Shown here piece after piece: positions 10,077 through 19,763 of a stretch of 38,752 nt of DNA (the stretch's first letter is position 1; the number at the start of each line of letters is the position of its first letter). Source of the stretch: a virus (taxonomy: Duplodnaviria; Caudoviricetes); the IMG/VR virus record IMGVR_UViG_3300027820_000059, positions 1-38,752 of that record. One strand, written 5' to 3'. A model generated the notes under the pieces. The model was not told the origin of the DNA. It searched no databases and saw only the letters and a list, made by a program, of their open reading frames with translations. The translations under genes were made by a program, and so were the position numbers.

Positions 10077-10086
10077 AGGGTATTCC

Positions 10087-10995
10087 TTAGGTTAGGTTGT
10101 ATCTCTCAGCTATATCTGGGCGTATAGTGTTGTTTGGGTTTGTCTCTACGATGCTACCACCGTAGCTACTTCCTTTGTCAGTAGCGTAGAACCTTAGTTC
10201 CATGTCCATCATGTGCTCATTTTGTAAGGCATGTTCTATGTCTTGTGCCTGAGCAACAAGTTCACCTGTGGTCCAGAAAGAAAATCTGTCCTTATCCTTT
10301 GGGTTATGTACTTCTAAGTACTTGGGCTTTAGGGAGTCTTTGTTGTTAGGGTCGTGGTGAATCTTTGCATCTAGGTCCTCGGGCTCAGACTCCAAAGAGC
10401 AATCAAAGCCTATAAGATTGGACTTACGAAAACCCATGTTATGCGCAACAGAGATACACCGCATAGCAGAACAAGTCCCACCAGCATGGGAATGCATAGG
10501 TGGAATACGTCCTTCTTTGGTCATTCTATCGTGTTGCCCAGATGCTGCATGCCAACCAATGACACGGTAACCATTCTCCAAGAGGTACTCAGTAACACTT
10601 GGATGTGTCATTGTAGCTATGAACATCAAGGTCTCTTTAGGCGCTGATGCGTACAGAGACTCTCTAAGCTCTCCATGCGTACTAGTTCCAGAGATAGGTC
10701 TAGGGTCTAGAGCTACGCAAGCAAAGGGCTTAATCCCTGCATCAGCCAGTACAGGAAGAGCATGCTTAATACAAAATATATGATCGTTCGGCAAGTCATC
10801 AAAGTATTCCTTAGGGAACATACTAGCAGTGGCGAATTTCAAGCTTGGGCCAGCAGACATAAGCCAAGCAGTACCATTGTGTACCTTACAGGGTCCTTCC
10901 CATTCAGAGATAAGACCCACGTTCCTCAAGATATTGCTTTGAATCTCTTCGTCAGGTACACAGTCTGTAGGTTTAATCTTAACGGCTTTAGACAT
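10087..10995 (-). CDS. Maf/MAF_flag10 (DUF115, MptE-like) domain protein, putative sugar transferase
   Basis: SAGPSL, IFCIKHA..L...GIKP...VALDP, GGT.SA.R....A..MGF....LIGFDCS. Confidence 0.65.
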   Translation of the reverse strand: MSKAVKIKPTDCVPDEEIQSNILRNVGLISEWEGPCKVHNGTAWLMSAGPSLKFATASMFPKEYFDDLPNDHIFCIKHALPVLADAGIKPFACVALDPRPISGTSTHGELRESLYASAPKETLMFIATMTHPSVTEYLLENGYRVIGWHAASGQHDRMTKEGRIPPMHSHAGGTCSAMRCISVAHNMGFRKSNLIGFDCSLESEPEDLDAKIHHDPNNKDSLKPKYLEVHNPKDKDRFSFWTTGELVAQAQDIEHALQNEHMMDMELRFYATDKGSSYGGSIVETNPNNTIRPDIAERYNLT

Positions 10996-11299
10996 TAGTT
11001 AGGGCCTCTTCGAGCTTCTCGTCAATCTTTTTTCCAAAGACTTTCCAGTAGGAGTCCCTAACTTTTGTTTCTGGTATACTGTACATACTCTTTATTCCAT
11101 AACCGTAATCCAAGACACGCCACCAGTGGCCCTCCTTATCAATGAAGTAAGAGTAAGTATCTGCATTATCTGAGTCACCATAGAGATTAAAGACCCACAC
11201 CATATCTCTTGTATCATGAGACACCCCTTCTTCGGGCCTATTAGTACAGTGAGACGGAGTATGGGGCCCTTTAAGTAACTTACGAAGAGAGTTAAACAT
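10988..11299 (-). CDS. Hypothetical protein
   Basis: Tightly packed in the operon, with an upstream GGA. Confidence 0.6.
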   Translation of the reverse strand: MFNSLRKLLKGPHTPSHCTNRPEEGVSHDTRDMVWVFNLYGDSDNADTYSYFIDKEGHWWRVLDYGYGIKSMYSIPETKVRDSYWKVFGKKIDEKLEEALTNV

Positions 11300-11301
11300 A
11301 C

Positions 11302-11514
11302 TTAGTTATCCTTAGAATTATAGCGTATTACTGTGGTAGTACTACTAAGAAAACCCCACAAGAGCCAAGCCCACAAGGGAATGTTTCCAAGAGTTGGAAG
11401 GTCCAAGAAGTCCGCTAAGTGGTCATCAAAACAATACCAAAATATCCATATCTCAGAAATATAGGACAACACTTTTAAGACGCCCAATGCTTGCCAAAGT
11501 CTATTTGTATTCAT
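11302..11514 (-). CDS. Small 2-TM membrane protein
   Basis: AAGGAG RBS; two hydrophobic segments. Confidence 0.65.
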   Translation of the reverse strand: MNTNRLWQALGVLKVLSYISEIWIFWYCFDDHLADFLDLPTLGNIPLWAWLLWGFLSSTTTVIRYNSKDN

Positions 11515-11544
11515 ACTTAGTTCTCCTTACTTAACACGATCATT

Positions 11545-11796
11545 TTACCCAGCTATCTTAGTTAAGAGATAAACACCCCAAGAAAAATTAACCCAGTACA
11601 AAACAATTAAAGGGGTAAAGACACAAGACCAAAAGATTTTTTCTTCAAGAGACCAATGGCCTTCTTTATTTTGCAGGGTTTGAATAACGCAGCCACCACA
11701 AAGGTAAGTGAGCACAACCCCAACAGCTGCAATGAGAACAAGCACTGCACAGAAAAATACAAACATTAGTTTTCCTTCCAATTTTCTAAGATCCAA
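11545..11796 (-). CDS. Small 2-TM membrane protein (start may be 11766)
   Basis: Two TM segments; the ATG at 11766 overlaps the glycosyltransferase stop. Confidence 0.55.
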   Translation of the reverse strand: MDLRKLEGKLMFVFFCAVLVLIAAVGVVLTYLCGGCVIQTLQNKEGHWSLEEKIFWSCVFTPLIVLYWVNFSWGVYLLTKIAG

Positions 11797-12512
11797 GGGT
11801 ACTTCTTCTGAAACTTCTTCATTGACATATCTCTACGCATACCATTGAAGAAGATAATCCTAGCATTCATAGGCAGCTTAGGAAGCTCTTCGATATTCCA
11901 GAAGTCATAGATACCATCCTCTTTACTCCACTTAGGCGGCTTCTCAGAATGGTTATCCAAGATTGTGGACATCCAACACTGGTCAGACCCTACGTACTTA
12001 GCATCAGAGAAATCAGCTGCACGAACAAGATTAATTGTTTCCCACACATTATTGTAGGAGTCAAAGTCTTTCATCCACAGAGCACCTGAGTACGCCTTAG
12101 GGTTCTTTGAATCCCGGTAGCCTATGAAAGGCTCAGGGCGGTCAAATATAGGAGTAATATCGTCAACAATAAGAGTATCCAAGTCGATAGATACAAAGCG
12201 TTCTCCAATCAATTCTTTCATTTCAGAGGAAAATGCTTTGAGTCTAGTAAAGCATCGTCCCCAATCTCTCAGATCATCCCACAAAGGAACAATCTTAACC
12301 TTAGAGGCATCAAGGTCATCTGGCATATCTGTGATAACATGAAACTCATGTGGCATATGTAGATGCCTTTTAAACCCTGCGGCTAACTTATGAACATGCT
12401 CTGGTTGCCACTCAAAGAAAGGCTTGTTCTTTGCGTTAGGGTTATTCCAGTAAAATGTTACAATCTTCAAAGGTTTTTCTTTGGTGACCTTACCACCACA
12501 CCAACTAGTCAT
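11766..12512 (-). CDS. GT-A fold glycosyltransferase
   Basis: FHVITD, RLKAF, SIDLDTLI.DDI (DxD), GSDQ.W, IIFFNG. GAGGAG RBS before ATG 12512. Confidence 0.8.
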   Translation of the reverse strand: MTSWCGGKVTKEKPLKIVTFYWNNPNAKNKPFFEWQPEHVHKLAAGFKRHLHMPHEFHVITDMPDDLDASKVKIVPLWDDLRDWGRCFTRLKAFSSEMKELIGERFVSIDLDTLIVDDITPIFDRPEPFIGYRDSKNPKAYSGALWMKDFDSYNNVWETINLVRAADFSDAKYVGSDQCWMSTILDNHSEKPPKWSKEDGIYDFWNIEELPKLPMNARIIFFNGMRRDMSMKKFQKKYPWILENWKEN

Positions 12513-12538
12513 ACTAGTGCTCCTCGTTATTAGGAAGA

Positions 12539-12700
12539 TTAGAGATAATCCACACGTTGGTACAAATCGCAACCCAGCACCAAGCAAAGGCAATCTCTGG
12601 GCGTCCCAATTTCACAAAGAAGAAAGAAGGGGTCACCCACGCAGCACCGTACAGTATTAAAGCGTGTAGCACCAAAAATCATCTTCGTTCCTTCGGCCAT
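12539..12700 (-). CDS. Small Cys-rich hypothetical protein (MAEGTKM...)
   Basis: AAGGAG RBS; shares its 5' end with 12702-12884. Confidence 0.45.
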   Translation of the reverse strand: MAEGTKMIFGATRFNTVRCCVGDPFFLLCEIGTPRDCLCLVLGCDLYQRVDYL

Positions 12701-12701
12701 A

Positions 12702-12884
12702 CTAGTGCTCCTTGTCATCAATGTAATCAATAAGGTCTCTTAAAGCGCTAGATACGTCAATCACGGCACTCCATGCTTGATAACTTGGCCCCCCATAGCC
12801 GGAGCTAGTAAAGGTTTGCTCAGAAATAGCCTTCTTTGCCTTTTCTTTGATTTCTTCTAAGGTCATCTTCGTTCCTTCGGTCAT
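12702..12884 (-). CDS. Small hypothetical protein (MTEGTKM...)
   Basis: Starts 1 nt after the upstream stop. Confidence 0.55.
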   Translation of the reverse strand: MTEGTKMTLEEIKEKAKKAISEQTFTSSGYGGPSYQAWSAVIDVSSALRDLIDYIDDKEH

Positions 12885-12885
12885 G

Positions 12886-13113
12886 CTAGTAGTTCCACGC
12901 ATTATAATCAATGCCCCACCCACCTACAATTTCTTTTGTATCTATATTTCTCACTTCGTACCTCTTCTTGTCGGGAGTCTTTGAGTATTCGAGGCTTGGT
13001 CTTTCCATCCAATGGTGTACTTTATTTCCACTGTTATCTATGTACCACCAAGGTTCCCAACAGAAGCCCTTTTGTTTCCAACACCTAGCGTTTAAATCCT
13101 CTGTCCATTTCAT
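12886..13113 (-). CDS. Trp-rich hypothetical protein
   Basis: ATGA overlap with the upstream methyltransferase. Confidence 0.6.
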   Translation of the reverse strand: MKWTEDLNARCWKQKGFCWEPWWYIDNSGNKVHHWMERPSLEYSKTPDKKRYEVRNIDTKEIVGGWGIDYNAWNY

Positions 13114-13712
13114 CGTCCTATTGTTATCCCTCTTAGTACGCCAATGCCCATGGGCTTCTCGGCTTCTGTGTCAATAAATTCATCTACTGTTCTACTTAGT
13201 TTCAAGACCTTCCAAGCATGTGCAGCACAAGGTTTCTCAAAGCCATGCTTTGTAATCTGCCTTGAGATACTCCTAGGGTCAATGTCATGCATAGCAATGA
13301 ATGAACAAAGAGGGCCATAGTTCTCCAAGTCTTTAATGACGTAGGCAAAGTCATGGTTCCCATCGATGAACCCTAGGTCGTATCCCCTAGGAGGACAGAG
13401 TTCACTTACCTTGGCCAAGGTTTCTCTAGTCTCTGAGTATCCTGTAACTAAGTGGATATCAAAGGTATTCGTATCATCATTTTCAAGGGCCTCTAATTTT
13501 GCTAAAAGCTCTGTCCTAGCCTCTGGGTTATCTCCAAGATCCACTAGGACAATGCGAGCATCGGGTGCTAAAGCAGGTACCATGTACATGAGGGACTCAC
13601 CAGCATAGCTTCCAATCTCTAAGTAAGACTTTATGCTGCCATCGGCCATACGAGTACGCATAAATCCACGAAGACCTAAGATTTCTTTAGGGTTCTGACT
13701 ACGTTTTATCAT
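13110..13712 (-). CDS. Class I SAM methyltransferase (Methyltransf_24-like)
   Basis: YLEIGSYAGES, LVD, YDLGFIDGNH....V..D, IAMHD. Confidence 0.85.
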   Translation of the reverse strand: MIKRSQNPKEILGLRGFMRTRMADGSIKSYLEIGSYAGESLMYMVPALAPDARIVLVDLGDNPEARTELLAKLEALENDDTNTFDIHLVTGYSETRETLAKVSELCPPRGYDLGFIDGNHDFAYVIKDLENYGPLCSFIAMHDIDPRSISRQITKHGFEKPCAAHAWKVLKLSRTVDEFIDTEAEKPMGIGVLRGITIGR

Positions 13713-14356
13713 GTAAGCACCTTTCTTAAAAAGTAGTGGCCCCCAGAAGAGCTTAAACGAAAACCCTTAGACACTTCTAAGAATTCATCAACTGCCTTCT
13801 TGGCTCCTGCCCAATTCGTGTAGTCGTCAAGGTACACAACAGACCCCGGCACAAGTAGATGATCCATGTATTCTAAGACGTATTTAGTTGTATCGTGGTA
13901 GTCAACGTCTAAGACTGCAAAGGCTATTTGCCCAATGTCTTTATGTGTTAATGTCTTCCTAATATCACCCTTTACCGTAGTGTACCTAGGCTTCGTTATC
14001 CCAAGATCACCAGTCATCTTTGTAATCTTTTCTTTGTAATCTTGTAAGGAAAAACAAAGAGAACCCTTAGGAAGAGGCCCTGAGCCACTCTTAACCTTCA
14101 TGTCAACCTCTGGATCCCCCTCTGGGAGACCTTCGAAGGTATCAAAGAAGTAGCACATATTTTTACTACCTAGTTCATCAATAACAGAAAGAAGTACTAG
14201 TGAAGTGTCTCCTCGGTACGTTCCAAATTCGCACACAGACCCAGTGGTAACTTCAAGAGTATCTCTGCACATGCTAGAAATAGCTTTGATCTTTTTTACA
14301 GAGGTATTAGAATTTCCCGATCCTAGTACTTTGTAGATATCTACCGCTTCGTACAT
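13709..14356 (-). CDS. TylF/MycF-family sugar O-methyltransferase
   Basis: EFGTYRG, FDTFEGLP, LDVDYHDTT, LDDY..W.GAKKAVDEF. Alternative start at 14371. Confidence 0.85.
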   Translation of the reverse strand: MYEAVDIYKVLGSGNSNTSVKKIKAISSMCRDTLEVTTGSVCEFGTYRGDTSLVLLSVIDELGSKNMCYFFDTFEGLPEGDPEVDMKVKSGSGPLPKGSLCFSLQDYKEKITKMTGDLGITKPRYTTVKGDIRKTLTHKDIGQIAFAVLDVDYHDTTKYVLEYMDHLLVPGSVVYLDDYTNWAGAKKAVDEFLEVSKGFRLSSSGGHYFLRKVLT

Positions 14357-14880
14357 ACTACCCCATACCATCCTTTTCTATTGTCCACAAGCTTTTCAAC
14401 GCTAAAGCCTCGCTCTTCAAGCTTATCGCCCCAGAAGTTTCTTCCTTGGATAATAAGATGAGCGTTGCGCCCGTCCTTCAAAGTCTTGTTAGATGGGTCC
14501 GTTGAAATTAGGATAAAGGCCTTAGTAGTAAAGGACCCTAGAAGATCATCAAGGACACTGTTAAGGGAGTTGGGTTCCACATGTTCTATAACATCCATGC
14601 AAGCAACATACTTCCAAGGATACCCTTTTCTCTCTGTAATAGGCTTGGCATACATCTTCAAAGCTGGATCGTAGTTCTCTACATCTATGTCTTGTTTTGC
14701 AAGCTCTTTGCCTAGGGATGCTTTACCACAGCCATAATCTAGGATAACATCACCAGCCTTTAAGCCCAATGAAGTGACTACGTTTGCTGCTTGCTTGTGA
14801 CCTTTGGCGCCATACATAGGATTTCTACTATGAAGCTCAGAGTTTAAATCTCTATAGTCTTCTGAGATTAGCTTAGACAT
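14341..14880 (-). CDS. Class I SAM methyltransferase
   Basis: ILDYGCGK, YDPA, C.DVIEHV, GRNAHL. Confidence 0.85.
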   Translation of the reverse strand: MSKLISEDYRDLNSELHSRNPMYGAKGHKQAANVVTSLGLKAGDVILDYGCGKASLGKELAKQDIDVENYDPALKMYAKPITERKGYPWKYVACMDVIEHVEPNSLNSVLDDLLGSFTTKAFILISTDPSNKTLKDGRNAHLIIQGRNFWGDKLEERGFSVEKLVDNRKGWYGVVCTKR

Positions 14881-15727
14881 GGACTTTTACTCCATCGCTA
14901 TTAACAGAGATAACAGGATCTTCCTTTACATTCCTTACCCCTGTGAAGTCAGCAAAAAGTACGGCATTGGCTTTAGGATGCTCAAAGAACTTACCAGTCA
15001 TCTTACGCTCACCACCTTTCAAGTGGCACAGAGAGGGGGGTAGGATACTGGTATCAAAGCAATGCCCATAAGAAGGAACCAAGTTTAATTCGTTATGTGA
15101 CAACTTGGTCTTGTATTCTTTCCATACCACTGTAAATAGGTAGGCGTCATGCCACTCATTGTGGTCAAAGAGTCTCCCAGAGGTATACAGTTTGTACACA
15201 TCATCAACGAAACTCTTGGTTAAGTCGGACATTTTAAAAGACAAGAAACCTGTCTCCCATGTATTCCAAGGCTGTGATCTAGTTAGAGAGGCTACGTCTT
15301 TTCCTTGAATCCAACGCTCCAAGTCATCTTCTGTGATCTCCTCAGCACTAAATAGGTCTGCATCTAGCCAGATAAGGTAGTCTTCATAGATCTTTCCTCG
15401 ACCGCCCTTAACCATGGCATCTTGCAAAGCACAGACCTTGTTCCAGAAGGGGAGAAAGTTGAATCTAAACTGGTGCCCCTTTTCTACGTTAGGTAAGGGT
15501 GTCTTTTTGTACTTCTGACGGAAGAACTGGTAATCACTCATGGCATTAAGGTCACGAAATTCTGCCTCTGGGAGAGCTAGTTTCCATTCTTCTTGAAACT
15601 CTCCATTGAAGTATACGATGAACTGAATACCATCAGGGAGATTACGGTAGACAGTGGGGACAGTATTGCTTGCATATGCTTTCCAGAGTTTATCTGAGAA
15701 GCTGGTAACGAAGGTGTACTTAGGCAT
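14873..15727 (-). CDS. GT-A fold glycosyltransferase
   Basis: FVTSFS, F..KV, LIWLDAD (DxD), ETGF, EWHD.Y.F, HLKG.RK. Confidence 0.75.
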   Translation of the reverse strand: MPKYTFVTSFSDKLWKAYASNTVPTVYRNLPDGIQFIVYFNGEFQEEWKLALPEAEFRDLNAMSDYQFFRQKYKKTPLPNVEKGHQFRFNFLPFWNKVCALQDAMVKGGRGKIYEDYLIWLDADLFSAEEITEDDLERWIQGKDVASLTRSQPWNTWETGFLSFKMSDLTKSFVDDVYKLYTSGRLFDHNEWHDAYLFTVVWKEYKTKLSHNELNLVPSYGHCFDTSILPPSLCHLKGGERKMTGKFFEHPKANAVLFADFTGVRNVKEDPVISVNSDGVKVHV

Positions 15728-16500
15728 TAGGATCCTCTAAGTTTCTTTTCGAGTACTCTTCGCTCAACATCGCGCCAAGTGGCTGCGTATCTACAGTACT
15801 CATAGCCGGGAATGCACGGAAGCCCTTCAGTCCAGTGAATGGCCCCGATATTGTGTACGTTAGCGTTTTCCTCAGAATGGTCGGGAATGAAGTTCCATCT
15901 TTCGTCCAAGGCCCCGATCTCATGCGGTCCATTAGTCCATTCGAAAGTATGTAACCATCTACCAGACTTTTCATTAACAATCTCCTTAGTTAATCCTGTG
16001 TTGAATCTCAGGTCAAAGACCATAAGAGAAGACCAAAGCTTCATCGAGTACGCTATTTGTACTTGGCTGTCCATCTTCGTAGCTGTCTTCGGCGTGTAAT
16101 CGTGCTTGACAACCCAGACACACTTCTCCTCCTTGGCTCTGATTTCTGTAATAATCTCATAAGGGTCGGAGAGGAAGACGAAGTCGGAGTCAACAAAAAT
16201 AGCCACATCATCACTAGCAACACCAAGGTGCTTACACATCTCCGGAACCAAGAACCTACTGTGTGCAAACTGCGTACTAAAGGGTTTACCATCTGCGACA
16301 TCTTTGTACCTTCCTGTGTTTCCTTCAATTTCCCACGTTCTTTTGAAGAGGTCGAGAGAGCGCAGGAGCCTATGGTCCAGTTTCCAGATGGATACAGGCT
16401 TTGAAGCTTGGCTACGGAGGGATTCGGCACATACTTCCCATGCAAGGTCTTGCTTCTCGTCGTATCCGATGAAGACATGAAGGTTACTCTCCTTGTTCAT
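15727..16500 (-). CDS. GT-A fold glycosyltransferase (GT8-like phage family)
   Basis: VFIGYD, STQF..SRFLVP, AIFVDSDF, VVKHDY, WSSLM, WN, HWTEG.P. Confidence 0.85.
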   Translation of the reverse strand: MNKESNLHVFIGYDEKQDLAWEVCAESLRSQASKPVSIWKLDHRLLRSLDLFKRTWEIEGNTGRYKDVADGKPFSTQFAHSRFLVPEMCKHLGVASDDVAIFVDSDFVFLSDPYEIITEIRAKEEKCVWVVKHDYTPKTATKMDSQVQIAYSMKLWSSLMVFDLRFNTGLTKEIVNEKSGRWLHTFEWTNGPHEIGALDERWNFIPDHSEENANVHNIGAIHWTEGLPCIPGYEYCRYAATWRDVERRVLEKKLRGS

Positions 16501-16808
16501 TAGGTGTGGAGACCCCCTGTGATTCTACGACAGGCATTCAGATTAATAATTTGGTTAGTAAGCAAGCTCTCTTTTGTGAATGTGAACATCAGGGTACTCT
16601 GATTGTGGTAGTTGTCGCCTCTGAGAAGGTGCCCCAAAACGTCATCAAACAAGTTTACTGAGTTTTCTTCCCGTTGTTTACTGATGTTGTAAGAGCCTTT
16701 GTCTTCCAAGGTATTTCTATGAATAACGATGTCATCGAACTGTAGCCATGAATCATTAAGATCCTCATCTTTTAGAACGGTGGGGCCGTTAGGAAGGGTA
16801 ATGCTCAT
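16500..16808 (-). CDS. Hypothetical protein
   Basis: Coupled to its neighbours by overlaps on both sides. Confidence 0.65.
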   Translation of the reverse strand: MSITLPNGPTVLKDEDLNDSWLQFDDIVIHRNTLEDKGSYNISKQREENSVNLFDDVLGHLLRGDNYHNQSTLMFTFTKESLLTNQIINLNACRRITGGLHT

Positions 16809-17206
16809 AAATCTTCTCCATAGGTTAGTTTTGCTTCTAGTTTGGCGTAGTGGATAACTTTCTTAAGGTCCTCTACTCCGTGTTTCTTTGCATGTCTTGA
16901 GATGTACTTGACTACGTTACCCTCACAGAAGCTAAGCTTATTCTTGGTAATGTACTCAATGGGCTGCACTGCAAAGTCCTTGTAGTGGTCTCCGCCAACT
17001 TGGTAGTCCAAGGGACCAACAAAGGCTGTCTCTGGGGACACTTGGGGCATCGTAACCACATCATTCTCTGATGTATAAGGATCACTTGGTGCATCCTCGG
17101 TAGCGTAGGGGTCAGGAGCTAGGCTGTAATCTTCAGTTGATAACTCGGTGTACCACTCACCGGGTTGTCTATAGTCTTGGTCACCACTATGGTTAGCTGT
17201 TGACAC
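16805..17206 (-). CDS. DUF3310 (SaV-like) protein
   Basis: QVGGDHYK...IEYI...FCEGNVVKYISR..KK.GVEDLKK. Confidence 0.85.
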   Translation of the reverse strand: MSTANHSGDQDYRQPGEWYTELSTEDYSLAPDPYATEDAPSDPYTSENDVVTMPQVSPETAFVGPLDYQVGGDHYKDFAVQPIEYITKNKLSFCEGNVVKYISRHAKKHGVEDLKKVIHYAKLEAKLTYGEDL

Positions 17207-17531
17207 TTGTCACCTCCGTAGTCATAAATTCTAGCAAGTTTCCTTTTGCTATTCGTGTGCTTTCCAGAGCCTCCCCTAGCTTCTCTTCTATTTCGTCCAG
17301 CTTTTCTATGTTGTCATAGAGGACAAAGGCAGAGGGGTCCTTGTTCAGGAACAAAGCATAGCCAGACATAAGCTGACTTGCCTCAGTAAACACTTGGTAT
17401 ATGTGTGTATTCTTAACCGAGTCCTTCATATAATCTTCCTTAAGTAATCTCATTTCGTATTTTCCACCTAAAACAATAGGTAAGTCCATTAGTTCCATCT
17501 TTTCTCTTAGGCCATCTAATACGAAACGCAA
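17193..17531 (-). CDS. Hypothetical protein (start uncertain)
   Basis: Fills the gap between RNR and DUF3310. Confidence 0.55.
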   Translation of the reverse strand: MRFVLDGLREKMELMDLPIVLGGKYEMRLLKEDYMKDSVKNTHIYQVFTEASQLMSGYALFLNKDPSAFVLYDNIEKLDEIEEKLGEALESTRIAKGNLLEFMTTEVTSVNS

Positions 17532-17548
17532 TACTTCTTGGTATAAAT

Positions 17549-19471
17549 CTAGGTAATTTCACAAAATCCTCCAGCACAAGCCATTTCTTGGCTACCAACA
17601 GTGGTATCCTCTTTTTCAAAGTCTTGTAACTTTGACCAGTCTACGTTCTGTGGCATCTTCTTCAAAAGCTCTTCATACTCCTCTTTTGTAATTTCTTCAT
17701 AGGGTGCCTGTTTGTACGTATGCTCTTCGTAGGGTAAGAAAGAAACCCCTGAGATATGGTCGAAGTTATCAAAGACCCAAGAGCCAACCTTTAGCCACTC
17801 GTCCTCTTTGACAGAGATTGTAGCTGAGGGTTTATGTTCACACCAAGCTTCTTGGTAAACCTTCCATAATTCTAAGTGATCTATAGCAGATATATCGCTT
17901 CGTGTCAAGCAACCTTCCGGGGCTTTCATTGGGAATTCGAAGACATAATTATGGGGGTTAAAAAGGTCTTCCTCCAAGGGAAACGGAGCTGCAGCCATGA
18001 ATTGTGAGAGAGGGTCTTTCTTGTCTCCCCTAACTCTCCTAATGTAGTACGGAGAGTGCCTCGGATGGATCCCTGATGCGGAGTCCACAAGTTGAGATAC
18101 GGTACCGGATGGTTTAACACAGGTAATAGCGGTTGATACTTCGATCTTAAGATGCTTTGCATACTCTTTATTTACCTCTATAGCAGTGGTTTTCATCGTA
18201 GTAAGCCAAGGGGACAGAGTGCCCCCTATCTCACTAAGCATATCGTTGTCCATGATACCTGTAAAGGATACGCCAAGAAGCCTCTCTTCTTCTGAGTTCT
18301 TCTTCCAAATCTTCCTAAGGTACTTGAAGTCGGTCAAAGTGCTTTGGTAGGTACCAAGGATGGTTGCTAGGCGCACTTTGGTGTCTAGGTCCTCCCAGTC
18401 ATCTTGCGGACGTACCACCACCTCAGTAAGGTTACAGAACTGGTATGGCCTAAGATTAATCTCTGAGCAGGGGTTGCAACCAAAGGGATGGTCAGGGTCT
18501 CTTCGAGTAACATGGTTCTTCAAGTGCTTCTTAACTGAATCTCTGTTGAAGATACCTCGTTCCCCTGACTTGGAGTTGTACAGGGAATGCCACTCCTCAA
18601 AGAAGAGGTTCATGTCAGGCTTACGAGAATACACAGCAGAGTTGTTAGCTAAGGACCTCTGAGGCTCTGTGCGCCACCACTCGCCTGTCTTAGCATCCCT
18701 AAGGCGTATGTCCTTAATGTCGCTTAGGGAGATCAGGGCACTTCTACGTACCCCACCTACTACGACAATCTCACCTATCTTACAGGCGATATCATGGCAT
18801 TCCATGGAAGTAAGTTGCCGCCCTTGGGCAGCTTGGAACTTCTCTACAACAAAGGTGTACAAGTCATCCAAGGGGTCTGGGCCAGAGCTACGTCCACCAA
18901 AGGTGACTAGGCGAGCCCCAGCTGGTCTTAGACGACTAAGGTCCCAAGAAGGGATTTGACCTGCGTACAGCAAAGATATAAGTTGGCGAAGGCCTTTAGC
19001 CCATCCTTGCTTACTGTCGTCCACCATAATTTTAGTGTCACAGTGTTCAAGGATTTCGTTAACCTCAGGAAGCTTCTTTACCTGTTCTTCTTCAACTGAG
19101 AAGCCTACCCCTGTGCCACACATGAGGACATACAAGAGTTCATCAAAGGCCCTAGGGTGGTCAATGGGTAGGTAGCTACAGTTAAACCCAGCTACATTGC
19201 ATCTAGCTAAGGCTGGCCCAGCAGTCATTAGGGCGCGCATAGATGGCATAACGTCCAAGTTATACACAGCATTCCTAAGATCTTTTCTGGTCTTCTTCGG
19301 GATATCGTAGTCAAACTTCTCTTTAAGGTGTTTATCCATGAAAGTAAAGTATCTGTCTACGGTTTCAGCCCAAGACTCTCTTCGGTTTTCCTCTGGTAGC
19401 CAACGGGCGTACCTAGAGAGAGCAATAAATCTTGAGTATTCGGGTGTTCCTAGTTTGTCGAAAGGGTCCAT
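17549..19471 (-). CDS. nrdJ: Class II (AdoCbl-dependent) ribonucleotide reductase
   Basis: SRYARW..RRE.W, FNCSY, GTGVGFS, VGGVRRSA, NPCSEI, CVKPSGTVSQL and a C-terminal CAGGFC. No beta subunit nearby. Confidence 0.92.
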   Translation of the reverse strand: MDPFDKLGTPEYSRFIALSRYARWLPEENRRESWAETVDRYFTFMDKHLKEKFDYDIPKKTRKDLRNAVYNLDVMPSMRALMTAGPALARCNVAGFNCSYLPIDHPRAFDELLYVLMCGTGVGFSVEEEQVKKLPEVNEILEHCDTKIMVDDSKQGWAKGLRQLISLLYAGQIPSWDLSRLRPAGARLVTFGGRSSGPDPLDDLYTFVVEKFQAAQGRQLTSMECHDIACKIGEIVVVGGVRRSALISLSDIKDIRLRDAKTGEWWRTEPQRSLANNSAVYSRKPDMNLFFEEWHSLYNSKSGERGIFNRDSVKKHLKNHVTRRDPDHPFGCNPCSEINLRPYQFCNLTEVVVRPQDDWEDLDTKVRLATILGTYQSTLTDFKYLRKIWKKNSEEERLLGVSFTGIMDNDMLSEIGGTLSPWLTTMKTTAIEVNKEYAKHLKIEVSTAITCVKPSGTVSQLVDSASGIHPRHSPYYIRRVRGDKKDPLSQFMAAAPFPLEEDLFNPHNYVFEFPMKAPEGCLTRSDISAIDHLELWKVYQEAWCEHKPSATISVKEDEWLKVGSWVFDNFDHISGVSFLPYEEHTYKQAPYEEITKEEYEELLKKMPQNVDWSKLQDFEKEDTTVGSQEMACAGGFCEIT

Positions 19472-19487
19472 GTAAAGCTGTGGTCTC

Positions 19488-19763
19488 CTAGTGCTTGGTG
19501 TCGTCGTCTTCGGGAAGGGTTGGAAAGTCCATGCTACTAGAAAATATTTCTTTCTGCAAGGCAAGGCGCATCTGCTGAGTCGTGTAGTACAAGTATAGGC
19601 AGTTAGTACAAAGATCTACCGCGTATTTTAGTTTGGACTCCCACTCAGCATCACCCTGCATTACAGGGTAAGCTTTGCGAACTTCTTTCAAGACTCTAGC
19701 AAGGCCGTCAAAGTTATCCACTTCTACAACATGCACACTACCTTCAAGATCGTCTACGTTCAT
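19488..19763 (-). CDS. Hypothetical protein
   Basis: GGAGG RBS; ATGA overlap. Confidence 0.65.
   Translation of the reverse strand: MNVDDLEGSVHVVEVDNFDGLARVLKEVRKAYPVMQGDAEWESKLKYAVDLCTNCLYLYYTTQQMRLALQKEIFSSSMDFPTLPEDDDTKH

Larger units (their letters stand above)
12510..12890. repeat. Repeated gene-junction sequence (3 partial copies)
   Basis: CATACTAGTGCTCCT at 12510 and 12698. TCATCTTCGTTCCTTCGG(C/T)CAT(A/G)CTAGT at 12679 and 12863. Confidence 0.85.
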
